Positions 13,930-24,248 are shown, counted from the first letter of the stretch. The stretch is DNA of 64,000 nt from an uncultured Pseudobdellovibrionaceae bacterium (GCA_963803705.1 CAWDNU010000004.1:832001-896000); one strand, 5' to 3'. Numbers and translations are program-made. Notes: generated from the sequence alone by a model not told the origin.

Positions 13930-15735
13930 TTATAAATTTGCGTTTTCTAGATTTGTCTTTCTTAGCTTTATATTTAATTCGATCAGTTGGTCATTATCAA
14001 CAGAAGACGGCGCTTCTGACATAAGACAGCTGCCTTTCGCGGTTTTAGGGAACGCAATCACGTCTCGAATAGCGTCAGTGTCGCCTAAAATCATAATCAA
14101 TCGGTCTAAACCCCAAGCAATACCACCGTGGGGAGGCGTTCCGTAAGTCAGAGCTTCATTGAAAAACCCAAATCGTTTCTGAATCTCTTCTTCAGATATT
14201 TTTAGCGCTTTAAAAATTTGCTTCTGAATTTTTGGATCGTGAATTCTAATACTTCCGCCGGCTATTTCGTGGCCATTACAGACAAAATCGTAGGCCTGGG
14301 ACATCACCTGATCGTATTTCGACTCTTGTCCACCCGTAAGTATCGCAAAACCGTCTTCACTTGGGGAAGTAAAAGGATGGTGGACGCTGTACCATCTTTT
14401 TTCTTTCGAATCGAACTCCATCAGTGGAAAATCTACTACCCAGCAAAATTTATCACCGTCAGTCGTATTAACTTGCGATTCTTCTTTAGCAATCTTCAGC
14501 CTAAGACCTCCTAAAGTTTCCGAGGCCACTTTCCAAGAGTCAGCGACTATAAAAATGGTGGCATCTTCGGCCTTAACCTTAAAAGCTTTTTTAAGTTCAA
14601 CTATGGATTCATCTGATAAAAACTTTTTGATAGGACTTTGAATTTCGCCTGAAGCAGATAGCTTAATCCATACTAAGCCCTTTGCTCCCAGGGCTTTTGT
14701 TGCATCAGTTAGTTTATCTAAACGACCACGGGTAAAGCTTTCTGCTCCTAAAAATGCCAAGCCCCTTACCACACCACCCATTTCTATGGCTGAATTAAAA
14801 ACTTTAAAGCCGAGGCTTGTTCCCCACTTCCCTAAATCAACAATTTCATGAGGTATTCGTAAATCTGGTTTGTCAGAGCCATACCTGTCCATAGCTTCTT
14901 TGAAGGTCATCACCGGAATTTCACCAATGTCTTGGCTTCTGTACTCTGACCATAATCCGCGGGCTAACTTTTCAGTTAGCTGCATTATTTGCTCTTGCTT
15001 AACGAAACTCATCTCTATATCAATCTGTGTAAACTCTGGCTGGCGGTCTGCTCGTAAGTCTTCGTCTCTGAAGCATCGAGCAATTTGAAAATATTTATCC
15101 ATCCCACCAATCATCAGTAGCTGTTTTAAAGTTTGAGGGCTCTGTGGAAGAGCGTAGAAGCTTCCAGCCTGAATTCTTGAAGGCACCAAAAAGTCCCTGG
15201 CACCTTCTGGAGTGGACTTGTACAAAATTGGCGTTTCAATCTCATAAAATCCTTCCTCAGTTAAAAAGTTACGCACTTTTTGGCTTACGAAGTGGCGAAG
15301 CTTTAACAATTTAGTCAGGTGATGCGAGCGCATTTCTAGGTACCGATATTTGAGCCGTAAATTTTCTGAAACGTTTTTTTCAAATGGTAGAAACGGCAAA
15401 GGCTCTGCTTCTGATAAGATCTTTAGAGTTTCAGCGTGAATTTCAATGGCACCTGTTGAGAGTTTCTTATTTTTCATCCCATCGGGGCGCTCTATCACTT
15501 TACCCTCAACGTAAATTACAAACTCATTCTTTAAATTTTTACATTCTGGTGTTTTTTTGGGATCAAAAACTACTTGGACAAAGCCCTCTCTGTCTCGGAC
15601 GTCGACAAATACCAGTCCCCCATGGTCCCTTCGGGTGTCACACCAGCCCATCAGAACTACACTCTGGTTTTTAAAATCTATATTTAAATCACCGCAGTAA
15701 GCTGATCTAACTTTGTCTAGAGTCAATTTTCCCAA
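13930..15735 (-). CDS. aspS: aspartate--tRNA ligase
   Basis: RRDHGG OB fold, STPEGARDF, FYALPQSPQ, FRDEDLRADRQPEFTQID, PPHGGIAWGLDR; TTG start with SD. Confidence 0.97.
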   Translation of the reverse strand: MGKLTLDKVRSAYCGDLNIDFKNQSVVLMGWCDTRRDHGGLVFVDVRDREGFVQVVFDPKKTPECKNLKNEFVIYVEGKVIERPDGMKNKKLSTGAIEIHAETLKILSEAEPLPFLPFEKNVSENLRLKYRYLEMRSHHLTKLLKLRHFVSQKVRNFLTEEGFYEIETPILYKSTPEGARDFLVPSRIQAGSFYALPQSPQTLKQLLMIGGMDKYFQIARCFRDEDLRADRQPEFTQIDIEMSFVKQEQIMQLTEKLARGLWSEYRSQDIGEIPVMTFKEAMDRYGSDKPDLRIPHEIVDLGKWGTSLGFKVFNSAIEMGGVVRGLAFLGAESFTRGRLDKLTDATKALGAKGLVWIKLSASGEIQSPIKKFLSDESIVELKKAFKVKAEDATIFIVADSWKVASETLGGLRLKIAKEESQVNTTDGDKFCWVVDFPLMEFDSKEKRWYSVHHPFTSPSEDGFAILTGGQESKYDQVMSQAYDFVCNGHEIAGGSIRIHDPKIQKQIFKALKISEEEIQKRFGFFNEALTYGTPPHGGIAWGLDRLIMILGDTDAIRDVIAFPKTAKGSCLMSEAPSSVDNDQLIELNIKLRKTNLENANL

Positions 15736-15825
15736 TCTTTGTTCCCTTTTTTCCCGAGTCTTATATTTTCACTTTCAAAAGCTTTTTAGTTGCAATTTAG
15801 TAACTCTGATATATTAGTTTTAAAT

Positions 15826-16131
15826 ATGCCACAAGTTAAGTTTGAAAAGCAGATTTCTTTAGCGCCAAAAGAGGCCTTTGATAAGTTAAAAGGTCTGCTA
15901 GATGGTGCGTCTGAATTGAAAAAGATAGATCCAGACATTGTCTTAACAGTTAAAGAAGAAGATATGAGCGTTTTAGCTGAGGGATCAAAAATTAATGGAA
16001 CCGTATCAATTCAGGCTTATAGCAAAACCCAGTCCACAGTAAAAGTTGATTTAAGCATTCCTTGGGCTTTTGCACCTTTTAAATCTATAATTACATCAAA
16101 ATTAGAAGAAAAAATTGCTGAATTATGCTAA
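15826..16131 (+). CDS. small SRPBCC/polyhydroxyalkanoic-acid-system-like protein
   Basis: About 100 aa alpha/beta protein ending VDLSIPWAFAPFKSII, typical of this family; start placed at ATG 15826. Confidence 0.55.
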   Translation: MPQVKFEKQISLAPKEAFDKLKGLLDGASELKKIDPDIVLTVKEEDMSVLAEGSKINGTVSIQAYSKTQSTVKVDLSIPWAFAPFKSIITSKLEEKIAELC

Positions 16132-16142
16132 GTTTCTAAATT

Positions 16143-17234
16143 ATGCCCAGTAAAAAGGCTTCAAAAAAGAAACAGACAGTCCGTCGACTTAAGAAAAAAG
16201 TGTCGAAGAAGAAGGCTTTAGAATCAATTTTTGATATTATCGAACCTAATATTGGATCTGACATTGAATCTAATGTTGAATCTAATGCTGAACTTAATGT
16301 TGAATCTAATGTCGAATCTGATATTGAATGTATTTCATCTACTAAGACAAAGGCCTTAGAAAGCAAAAGCAGCTCTTCACCTCGTCAGATTGAAAAAATA
16401 AAAAATGACGAAGTCTTAGTTTCAGATGCTTTGACCCAATATCTTACAAAGATTAGAAATTATCCTGTTCTAAGTAAAGAAAAAGAGCACGAGCTTGCTG
16501 TCCAGTACTACGAGGATGGAGACCGTGATGCCGCGGAACTTTTGGTGCGCTCTAACTTAAAATTTGTTGTTAAAATTGCAATGGAATATTCTAAGTTTGG
16601 AGCTAAGCTGATCGATATAATCCAGGAAGGTAATGTTGGGTTGATGCATGCTCTTAAAGAGTACAATCCGTACAAAGGTGTTAAACTTATAAGCTATGCC
16701 GTATGGTGGATAAGGGGCTATATTCAAGATTACATGATGAAACAACAGTCATTAGTAAAAATAGGTACTAACCAAAAGCAAAGAAAATTATTTTACCAGC
16801 TAGAAAAAGAGCATTCCAAAATTATTCGTGAAGGTCTTCAAAGCACTCCCTTGTTGTTAAGCCAAAGGCTAGACGTGACAGAAAAAGATGTCTTAGATAT
16901 GCAGCAGCGACTTGGGCATAAAGATTTAAGTTTGGACCAGAACTTATCTGAAAATTCTGATTCGAATTGGTTAGAACAGCAAACTGATGAAGCCTCAGAA
17001 CCGATGGATGATCTAATTATCCAGGCCGAACAGCTGGAGTTATTAAAAGACAAGATCGAGGATCTGAAGCACGAACTTAACCCTAAAGAGATTCAGCTTC
17101 TAGACAATAGGATACTAAGCGACAATCCAGTGACACTGAAGTCCTTAGGTGATGAGTGGGGAGTGACACGTGAAGCTGCTAGACAAACCGAGTCTCGCCT
17201 AATTGAAAAAATAAAAAAAGCTTTTTTAAATTAA
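16143..17234 (+). CDS. rpoH: RNA polymerase sigma-32 (RpoH-like) factor with extended N-terminus
   Basis: Region 2 DIIQEGNVGLM, SYAVWWIRG; RpoH box QRKLFYQL; region 4 GVTREAARQ. Confidence 0.88.
   Translation: MPSKKASKKKQTVRRLKKKVSKKKALESIFDIIEPNIGSDIESNVESNAELNVESNVESDIECISSTKTKALESKSSSSPRQIEKIKNDEVLVSDALTQYLTKIRNYPVLSKEKEHELAVQYYEDGDRDAAELLVRSNLKFVVKIAMEYSKFGAKLIDIIQEGNVGLMHALKEYNPYKGVKLISYAVWWIRGYIQDYMMKQQSLVKIGTNQKQRKLFYQLEKEHSKIIREGLQSTPLLLSQRLDVTEKDVLDMQQRLGHKDLSLDQNLSENSDSNWLEQQTDEASEPMDDLIIQAEQLELLKDKIEDLKHELNPKEIQLLDNRILSDNPVTLKSLGDEWGVTREAARQTESRLIEKIKKAFLN
16243..16329 (+). repeat. 12-bp degenerate tandem repeat (GAATCTAATGTT-like) encoding ESNV units
   Basis: About 7 units encoding EPNI GSDI ESNV ESNA ELNV ESNV ESDI in the RpoH N-terminus. 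Confidence 0.8.
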
Positions 17235-17323
17235 TTGCTCGAAGGTGAGTTTTACATCAGCTCTTACGGTGTGACTGAGTTGTCTAGTTTACTTGCTTAC
17301 GCTTTTTGGAACTTTTCTTTAAT

Positions 17324-18106
17324 TTAGCTTGCCAACAGCTCTTCGTCTTCGAAAGTTTGCTGCAGCTTATTTTTTAATTTGGAAACTGCTTGGGCATGTA
17401 ATTGTGAAATTCTACTTTCAGTAACTCGCAGAACTTTACCTATCTCTTTTAAGTTTAAATCCTCATAATAGTAGAGCGAAAGAACCAGACGCTGCCTTTC
17501 AGGCAAACTTTCAATGCATTTAGCTATTGTTTTTTGAACTTTTTTTACATTCAATTGAACTAGTGGGTTATTTAGCTTGCTACCATCTAAAATGTTAACC
17601 ATGGATCTTTTATCGAAGTTTGCATACGAAGATTGGTCATCAACGGACAGAACGCTGACTGGTTTTACCTGATTTACTAAAGAGTGATATTCTTCCAAAG
17701 TTATTTCTAAGCCCTCTGCGACTTCTCTTTCATTTGGTGAGCGGCCCAGTTCTGACTCTAATTTGGCAACCATTCTGTCTAAACGTTTAGACTTATCCCT
17801 AACAGACCTAGGAACCCAATCCTGAGCCCTTAGCTCGTCTAAGATTGCTCCACGAATTCTAAATTCAGCATATGTTTTAAATTTATTGTCTCTTGTCGGA
17901 TCATACTTTTCAATCGCGTCCATCAGACCAATGACTCCACTGGAGATCAAATCATCCAGTTCAATATTGGAAGGTAAACGTATTGCTATTTTCTGAGCTA
18001 TAAACTTTATCAATGGCGCGTATTCTGTGATGAGTCTTGTTTTTTGCTCATTGTTTAGAACCTTATTTTCAGTTTTCATTCTTTTAGCCATAGATTGCTC
18101 AGCCAT
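17324..18106 (-). CDS. fliA: RNA polymerase sigma-28 factor FliA/WhiG
   Basis: DDLISSGVIGLMDA, FKTYAEFRIRGAILDELR, DWVPRSVR, LSLYYYEDLNLKEIG, VTESRISQLH. Confidence 0.95.
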   Translation of the reverse strand: MAEQSMAKRMKTENKVLNNEQKTRLITEYAPLIKFIAQKIAIRLPSNIELDDLISSGVIGLMDAIEKYDPTRDNKFKTYAEFRIRGAILDELRAQDWVPRSVRDKSKRLDRMVAKLESELGRSPNEREVAEGLEITLEEYHSLVNQVKPVSVLSVDDQSSYANFDKRSMVNILDGSKLNNPLVQLNVKKVQKTIAKCIESLPERQRLVLSLYYYEDLNLKEIGKVLRVTESRISQLHAQAVSKLKNKLQQTFEDEELLAS

Positions 18107-18284
18107 ATTCCCCTCTCCCCTTTTGTAGTTATCAGTATATCAAAACGAGAACTGATAATGAAAATTTTAATACCCTGCAAAATCCTAAAATCTGTACTGC
18201 ACTGACCCAAACCTCTGAAATAACTCTAAAATTTTAAATATAAAAAAACACACAAGTGATCAAGATGTCCTGTAAAAAAGTTTT

Positions 18285-19214
18285 TCATTTGTTACCAGAA
18301 TGTTGCGAGAGTTCTTCACCTAGCAATTCATCTAAACTCTTAAGTGTTTGTGCCTCGGGATTCAATATTGTACCAACACTGTTTTCATCCCATAAAAAAG
18401 CGACCTTGGTTTCACTCAATAATGATTCACCTATCACCGAAAATACTGACGAACTAGAATCATAACCTCCAGCGATAAAAGAGGTTTGGTTCTGAAAAAA
18501 ATTTTCAGAGACTAATCCAGGTGCCTGAAGAAGGCTAAACTTTCTTTTTAAATTTTTGTCTATCAGTGAATCGGGAGCGATAAAAGCAAGCTGCTCTGGA
18601 GTTACTAAAATTAATCCTATTTTTGCATCTATATCAGCTTTGTATTCGTTTATCGTTGCAGTGGATGCATAAGACATAACCTGCACCTGGTTTGAAACCT
18701 TTAATTCCTTAACCGAAGATTTCATTGCCTCTGGGCAAAGGACAAATATTCCAATTTCTGAGATGGCAGACGTAATTGATTTCTGGTAAGAGCAGAAAAA
18801 GCTAGTTAGATCCGCTTCTGGCGCCACATATACCAAAACTTTAGCCAGACCATCTGGTTTTACAAAATTTTTAGCGTCCATCACGATGTCTCTGAAGTGA
18901 TCTTCTGGATGAGTCTCCCAAAAATTATCTTTAGCTTTAGTTCTTTTTAAAACCTCAGCAATAAGTGAATTTTTCAGCCCTGATGTTGACATCTGTTTTA
19001 CGAAGTTTTCCCAGACTGTTTCCAGATCGTTCGCTTTGGAAGACTGGCGAAATTTAACTAATTTTAAAACAGTTTCCGTGCTTTCAGTTTCGCTATTTTT
19101 TTTACTCACCAGATGAAAGTTTTTTTTTCTGTAGTCATTTAGGATTTCTAGGGCCTCAGATTCAGACTTACAGTTGAAAACCAATTCCTTGGCATTTAGT
19201 TTTGGTGCAGACAT
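18285..19214 (-). CDS. highly divergent FlhF-like protein (degenerate SRP-type GTPase)
   Basis: N-terminal FNCKSESEALEIL..FHLVSKK parallels the FlhF N-terminal F.A.S..EAL..V....A.ILS.K motif; MSTSGLKNSLIAEVL matches the N-domain; P-loop position reads YVAPEADLTS; position directly upstream of fliA. Confidence 0.55.
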   Translation of the reverse strand: MSAPKLNAKELVFNCKSESEALEILNDYRKKNFHLVSKKNSETESTETVLKLVKFRQSSKANDLETVWENFVKQMSTSGLKNSLIAEVLKRTKAKDNFWETHPEDHFRDIVMDAKNFVKPDGLAKVLVYVAPEADLTSFFCSYQKSITSAISEIGIFVLCPEAMKSSVKELKVSNQVQVMSYASTATINEYKADIDAKIGLILVTPEQLAFIAPDSLIDKNLKRKFSLLQAPGLVSENFFQNQTSFIAGGYDSSSSVFSVIGESLLSETKVAFLWDENSVGTILNPEAQTLKSLDELLGEELSQHSGNK

Positions 19215-19216
19215 AC

Positions 19217-19711
19217 TTAGTAAACCCTCACTAATTTATACTCTGATTGGACAATGCGACCTTTGCTTAAAAATTGATTTAGGTAGTACGAAAGTTTAGG
19301 GTCATTCACTTTGGTATTATGCTTAGGCATCATCCTGGATTCAGAATTAGCAAAATGGATTAGAATTAAGTTTCTAATTTCAGTTCTTTGAGACTCAATG
19401 TTAAATTCATTTAAGTTTTTACCATAAAAACTAAAGTCTAACTCTGCCAATTTGGAGCTTTTTCTTGAGTCACCATCAAATCTTAGAATGACCTTTGGAA
19501 ATGACACTTTTTCTAGATTCGTTGGGGGCTTATGCTCTTTATGTTGAACCACTGACACCTGCTTTGCATTTTTGCAGCCATTAGTAGTTAGGACCACGCA
19601 GCCCAGTAAAGTAAAAGTTGCGATACGACCACCTACAGATATTACTGCAGGGAACGAATCTTTAAGAGACTTATTTAAGCTTAGTCTTAGAACATCCTTG
19701 ATCATTGACAC
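19217..19711 (-). CDS. divergent FliL-like protein
   Basis: Single N-terminal hydrophobic segment; EIRNLILIHF and LNQFLSKGRIV match FliL IRD.I...L and N.FL..G.I motifs; start may be ATG at 19705. Confidence 0.55.
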   Translation of the reverse strand: MSMIKDVLRLSLNKSLKDSFPAVISVGGRIATFTLLGCVVLTTNGCKNAKQVSVVQHKEHKPPTNLEKVSFPKVILRFDGDSRKSSKLAELDFSFYGKNLNEFNIESQRTEIRNLILIHFANSESRMMPKHNTKVNDPKLSYYLNQFLSKGRIVQSEYKLVRVY

Positions 19712-19722
19712 ATAAGATATAA

Positions 19723-19738
19723 AGCAATCTTGGTGCCA
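19723..19738 (-). promoter_or_regulatory. sigma54 (-24/-12) promoter
   Basis: Minus strand TGGCAC-CAAGA-TTGCT, a perfect TGGCAC-N5-TTGCW match, immediately upstream of the FliL-like gene. Confidence 0.75.
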
Positions 19739-19909
19739 TCAAGACTTCGGTGTAGAAAACCTGGCAGTTAGGCCTGAAATTCAATGCTGTAATGCATTTC
19801 CAGGATTTAAGATGGGTCATAATATTGACCGTTAATACTGTTTGTCCAGTTGGTATTCTGACATGGCCTAAGACTTGACAATAAGGACCTTAAAATAGAT
19901 TTTGGTCCT

Positions 19910-20593
19910 ATGGCTAAGTTTTTTTTGTTCGTATTTACAGTTCTTTTATCATTGTCTTTAGGTCTTTTTGTAGGTCAAAATTATTTGCTTGAGCCGGATA
20001 GCTCCGCAGCTGTTCACACAGATGAAAATGCGTTCGATCAGGATAAATCTAGTGTAAGCTCTTACATCAGAAACTTAGTAAATCAGATATTCGCAAACGA
20101 TGAAATTGCAGTTGGTAAAATAAAAGAGGGTTCTGCAGAGGTCTCTGAGAACCAAATTAATGACCAAGAAGAGCTTAAGAATATTAAGTCAATTCCTATG
20201 CACCAGGGCAAGGACGAGCCTATAAAGTTTAGGGATCAAAACGATTCACCTGCAAAAAATATAGTCGTTGAAACTCAAAAAGTAAAAAAAGTAGTTGAGC
20301 AAAAACCGGCGGTTGAAAATCCGATATCGGCTCAATCAAATGTCGGACCTAATTTTTTGGATGGTTGGGTGATTCAAGTTGCCGCTTTTCAAGATGTTAA
20401 CGATGCGTTGAAAATTAAGACCAAAATAGTTTCCGCCGGCTATCCTAATTATGTCTATAAAACTGAAATTAACGGTAAGTTCTGGTTTAGAGTGAACGTA
20501 GGTCCGTTTAGAACTGTTACCGAAGCAACCAATTATAAACAAACCCAGAAAGTCCACTTAAAATTTAAAGGTGCTTTCGTAAGAAAGTTATAA
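19910..20593 (+). CDS. SPOR domain protein
   Basis: N-terminal TM anchor, low-complexity linker, C-terminal SPOR motifs WVIQVAAF and WFRVNVGPF. Confidence 0.88.
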   Translation: MAKFFLFVFTVLLSLSLGLFVGQNYLLEPDSSAAVHTDENAFDQDKSSVSSYIRNLVNQIFANDEIAVGKIKEGSAEVSENQINDQEELKNIKSIPMHQGKDEPIKFRDQNDSPAKNIVVETQKVKKVVEQKPAVENPISAQSNVGPNFLDGWVIQVAAFQDVNDALKIKTKIVSAGYPNYVYKTEINGKFWFRVNVGPFRTVTEATNYKQTQKVHLKFKGAFVRKL

Positions 20594-22869
20594 TGGACGT
20601 ATCTACCTTACTTGACCACTTGAATCCTCAGCAGCGAAAAGCCGCTGAACTTACCGATGGTCCGGTACTGATTCTAGCTGGGGCTGGATCTGGAAAAACT
20701 AGAGTCCTAACCTATAGAATGGCGCATATAATTCTAAACGGCCTAGCCACACCTGATGAATTGCTTGCTGTCACATTTACTAATAAAGCTGCAAAAGAGA
20801 TGGAAGCTCGGGTGATTAAGCTTTTGAAAGAGTTAGGTGTGCCAGTTTTCAGTCAACCATGGGTCAGCACGTTTCATTCTATGTGTGTTCGTATATTAAG
20901 GCAAAATTTAGTTCATCTTGGCTACAAGCCTGGCTTTTCAATATATGATTCAGATGATCAGCTTAAGATGATTAAAGAAGTTCTGAATAGACTAAACATA
21001 GATGATAAAGTATACCCACCAAAAAGCTTTGCTAGTAAAATCAATCAAGCTAAGACCTTAATGCTTTTACCTAAGGACATAGAAAAGCGGTCAGATGCTT
21101 TCTTTGATGACAAGTCTTTACAAGTTTATAGGGCATATGAAAATGCCATGAAGCAATCTAACGCGCTAGACTTTTCAGATCTTTTACTTAAAACCTATCA
21201 AGTTTTCGAAGGGTTTCCAGAAGTACTAAAAAGCTACCAGAACAAGTTCAAATATATTCACGTGGACGAATATCAAGACACTAATAAGATTCAATACAAT
21301 TTGATGCGTCTATTGGCATCGACGCACGGTAACCTGTGTGTAGTTGGAGACGAAGATCAGTCTATTTATAGTTGGCGCGGAGCCGATATTAACAATATCT
21401 TAGATTTTGAAAAAGACTTTGACGGGCAAGTTATAAAGCTTGAGCAGAACTATAGATCTACTGGTAATATCGTAAAAGCAGCCAACAGCCTTATCTCTAA
21501 TAATGTTTTTAGAAAATCGAAAACTCTTTTTACAGATAACCCAGAAGGCGACAAAATCACTATTGCTGAAATGACCAATGAGTACGACGAATCACGGTAT
21601 GTAGCCAACCATACGGAAAAGAGTTTGAATTCGGGCGCTTCCCCTAGTGATATCGCAGTGTTTTACCGCACCAATGCTCAGTCTCGTGTTTTGGAAGAGC
21701 AACTAAGGCTTAAAAGCATCCCTTACAAAATTGTTGGTGGGATGAAGTTCTACGAGCGAAAAGAGATAAAAGATGTCATAGGATATTTAAAAGTTATTCT
21801 TAATCCAGCGGACGATATAGCTGTGAAGCGAATAATCAACACTCCAGCCAGAGGCTTGGGCAAAACAACAATTCAAAAAGTTGAAAATGTTGCAGTACAA
21901 GATGGCGTCACTTTTCTACAAGCTGTACAAACAGCAGTACAAAGTAAAATTGTCACAGCTGGTACTCTAAAAAAACTAAGTAAATTCTATGACTTGATCA
22001 TGAGTCTTCAGGTAAAAAAAGATATGCCTTTAGACGAGCTCTATATGACTGTTTTAGAAGATTCAAATTACCTAAAGACACTGCAAGAGGAAAACTCGTT
22101 AGAGTCAAAATCAAGAATCGAAAACCTAGAAGAACTTAACAATGCGATTGTTCAGTTCACAAAAGAGCGACAGTCTGAGGCCAGTCTTCAAAGCTTTTTG
22201 GAGGAAATGAGTCTGGTTTCTGACATTGACCAAATCGACGATTCTTGGAATTCGGTAACTTTGATGACCCTACATATTTCTAAAGGCTTAGAGTTTCCGA
22301 TTGTTTTTATGGTCGGAATGGAAGAGGGTCTGTTCCCTGGCCATCAAAAGATCAATAACGCGGACGAAACTGAAATGGAAGAAGAGCGCAGGCTATGTTA
22401 CGTGGGTATGACCAGAGCCAGAGAACGTTTATTTATGCTGCATGCACGGACCAGGAAAGTTTGGGGGCAAGACCAGTTCCATCCTCCTAGCGGCTTTTTG
22501 TCAGAAATACCCAATGAATTAGTTGTCAAATCTCAAACTTCTTCTCGTCCTAATTTTCTAGATAGATATGAAAAATCTGGACATGATTCAAACATATCTT
22601 CACCTAGCAAACGTCCCGGAAATAAGTACATCACACGTAAAAAACCAAATGTGATTGCTGACCCATTTCCAGATTACGAGAACAGTACAGATGAGCACGG
22701 CGGGAGCGCCTCGTTGAAAAAGGGAGCTCAGGTTAGACACCCTACCTTTGGCGTAGGATCTATTCACGAAATTGAAGGCCAAGGTGATTCAGAAAAGGTT
22801 AGCGTTTTGTTTAGGGACAACACCATTAGAAAATTTATCACCAAATACGCAAGGCTACAGCTGTTGTAA
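20593..22869 (+). CDS. uvrD: UvrD/PcrA ATP-dependent DNA helicase
   Basis: LAGAGSGKT, VTFTNKAA, VDEYQDTN, VGDEDQSIYSWRGA, LEQNYRS, EEERRLCYVGMTRA; C-terminal Tudor-like VRHPTFGVG. Confidence 0.95.
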   Translation: MDVSTLLDHLNPQQRKAAELTDGPVLILAGAGSGKTRVLTYRMAHIILNGLATPDELLAVTFTNKAAKEMEARVIKLLKELGVPVFSQPWVSTFHSMCVRILRQNLVHLGYKPGFSIYDSDDQLKMIKEVLNRLNIDDKVYPPKSFASKINQAKTLMLLPKDIEKRSDAFFDDKSLQVYRAYENAMKQSNALDFSDLLLKTYQVFEGFPEVLKSYQNKFKYIHVDEYQDTNKIQYNLMRLLASTHGNLCVVGDEDQSIYSWRGADINNILDFEKDFDGQVIKLEQNYRSTGNIVKAANSLISNNVFRKSKTLFTDNPEGDKITIAEMTNEYDESRYVANHTEKSLNSGASPSDIAVFYRTNAQSRVLEEQLRLKSIPYKIVGGMKFYERKEIKDVIGYLKVILNPADDIAVKRIINTPARGLGKTTIQKVENVAVQDGVTFLQAVQTAVQSKIVTAGTLKKLSKFYDLIMSLQVKKDMPLDELYMTVLEDSNYLKTLQEENSLESKSRIENLEELNNAIVQFTKERQSEASLQSFLEEMSLVSDIDQIDDSWNSVTLMTLHISKGLEFPIVFMVGMEEGLFPGHQKINNADETEMEEERRLCYVGMTRARERLFMLHARTRKVWGQDQFHPPSGFLSEIPNELVVKSQTSSRPNFLDRYEKSGHDSNISSPSKRPGNKYITRKKPNVIADPFPDYENSTDEHGGSASLKKGAQVRHPTFGVGSIHEIEGQGDSEKVSVLFRDNTIRKFITKYARLQLL

Positions 22870-24131
22870 GATTTTTTGATACCGTCGATTCAAATTGTTG
22901 AAAAAATTAAGCGGTGAGATTGTAGCTGTTTCATCAGAACTGATTTTTATATCCAGATTTTCAATGTATTCAAAAAGCTCTAAAAGAAACAACATCTTGT
23001 AATGGACTGCTTTTGAAGTATCGACGTAAGCTTTTTTGTATTCAGGACGATTTAATATCCTGAAGTCATCTACCCCTTGCAAACTTTTTGGCAATGGAAT
23101 CATCAAATAAATCCATGATAGATCGCCGTAATTTGTAAACTGGTATTCGAGCCCTCGCGCTTTTGACTTCGAACCCGACCCTTGCAAAAATGACAATTGC
23201 TCAATCCAATCGAAGTTAACAGCCTCAATAATATCTTGCTGAAAGGTAAGCGATGGTTGATCAGCCACACTTAGTAGGGGCGCCGCTTGAATGACACTAA
23301 AAATTGACCGCTTAAAATATTGTTTCACTAGTTTTTTTGCTGCAACACCGTAAAACTGTAACGATGCTAAATCTGATTTGATCTCGTAAGCTAAATCATC
23401 GATAAGATCCGAATCTTCAGTTTGTTTGATCTTACGCAGTTTTAAGCTGAGCGACAATAAATGGGCTTGAAACTCTTCAAGTGAAAAAGCCCTACCTTGA
23501 TTTGTCTCGCCCTGTTCTGAAATGATCGACGCTCCTCCGGTGTCGACAAAACCGTGAATTACTGAATTTAATTCCAGTTGTGAGGTTCGAAAATAAGCCT
23601 TCCAATGAGTTAATTCGTGAAACTCTGTGAAGGTCGGTTTCAAAGTTATAATGGCGGCTAAGGACAGAGCTATTCTATTTTGCGCAGAGAGGGGAATTTG
23701 CAATTGAAATTGCTGATGAATGTCGCCAATTTGAAAAAGCCCCCTGACTCTCTATTTATATAATCAGGCCTAAAAATAAGTTGTGTTTGGCCTGTTGGTA
23801 TATGGATGTCAATTTTAGCAGAGACCGTTTGAAGACGCTTAGCAAAACGATTTAACGCTGAGTCATCAGTCGGGTGTATCAAAAGATACTTTTCATACAA
23901 GGCGTGTTCAACATTGTTTAGAGTTAAAAATTCAGAAACTTGACCCAAATCTGTAAAATTAAAATACAAAGATTTGTATCTTAACACTTTATAGAGCGCT
24001 TTACTTTTTTGGACCGAGTTGACCATAAGTACTGGCCGGTCAGCCCGGGTAGACAGAAAATAGTCGCACGAAGAGGCTAACCCTACAGAGCTTATAAAAT
24101 TTAATAAGAAGATTAAAAAATAGTTTTTCAG
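22855..24131 (-). pseudogene. secreted hypothetical protein split by a frameshift (ORFs 23670-24026 and 22855-23703), CTG start
   Basis: Upstream ORF extends in frame to CTG at 24131 giving signal peptide (M)KNYFLIFLLNFISSVGLA-SSC; the downstream ORF frame opens just before a G5 run (plus-strand C5 at 23740-23744); one extra G would fuse both into 425 aa. Confidence 0.55.
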
Positions 24132-24248
24132 ATGTACCTTATACGTTTAATCCTAATTTGTAGACAACAGGAATTCAAAAATAGTACCATCAAACAATTA
24201 TTATCAACTGAAAAAATCAGTGTACCCCCTCAAAAATTCTAGAAAATA

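Noticed and set aside
24027..24110. GC-richer segment considered as a riboswitch
   Set aside because: Better explained as coding sequence for the signal peptide and N-terminus of the CTG-start gene.
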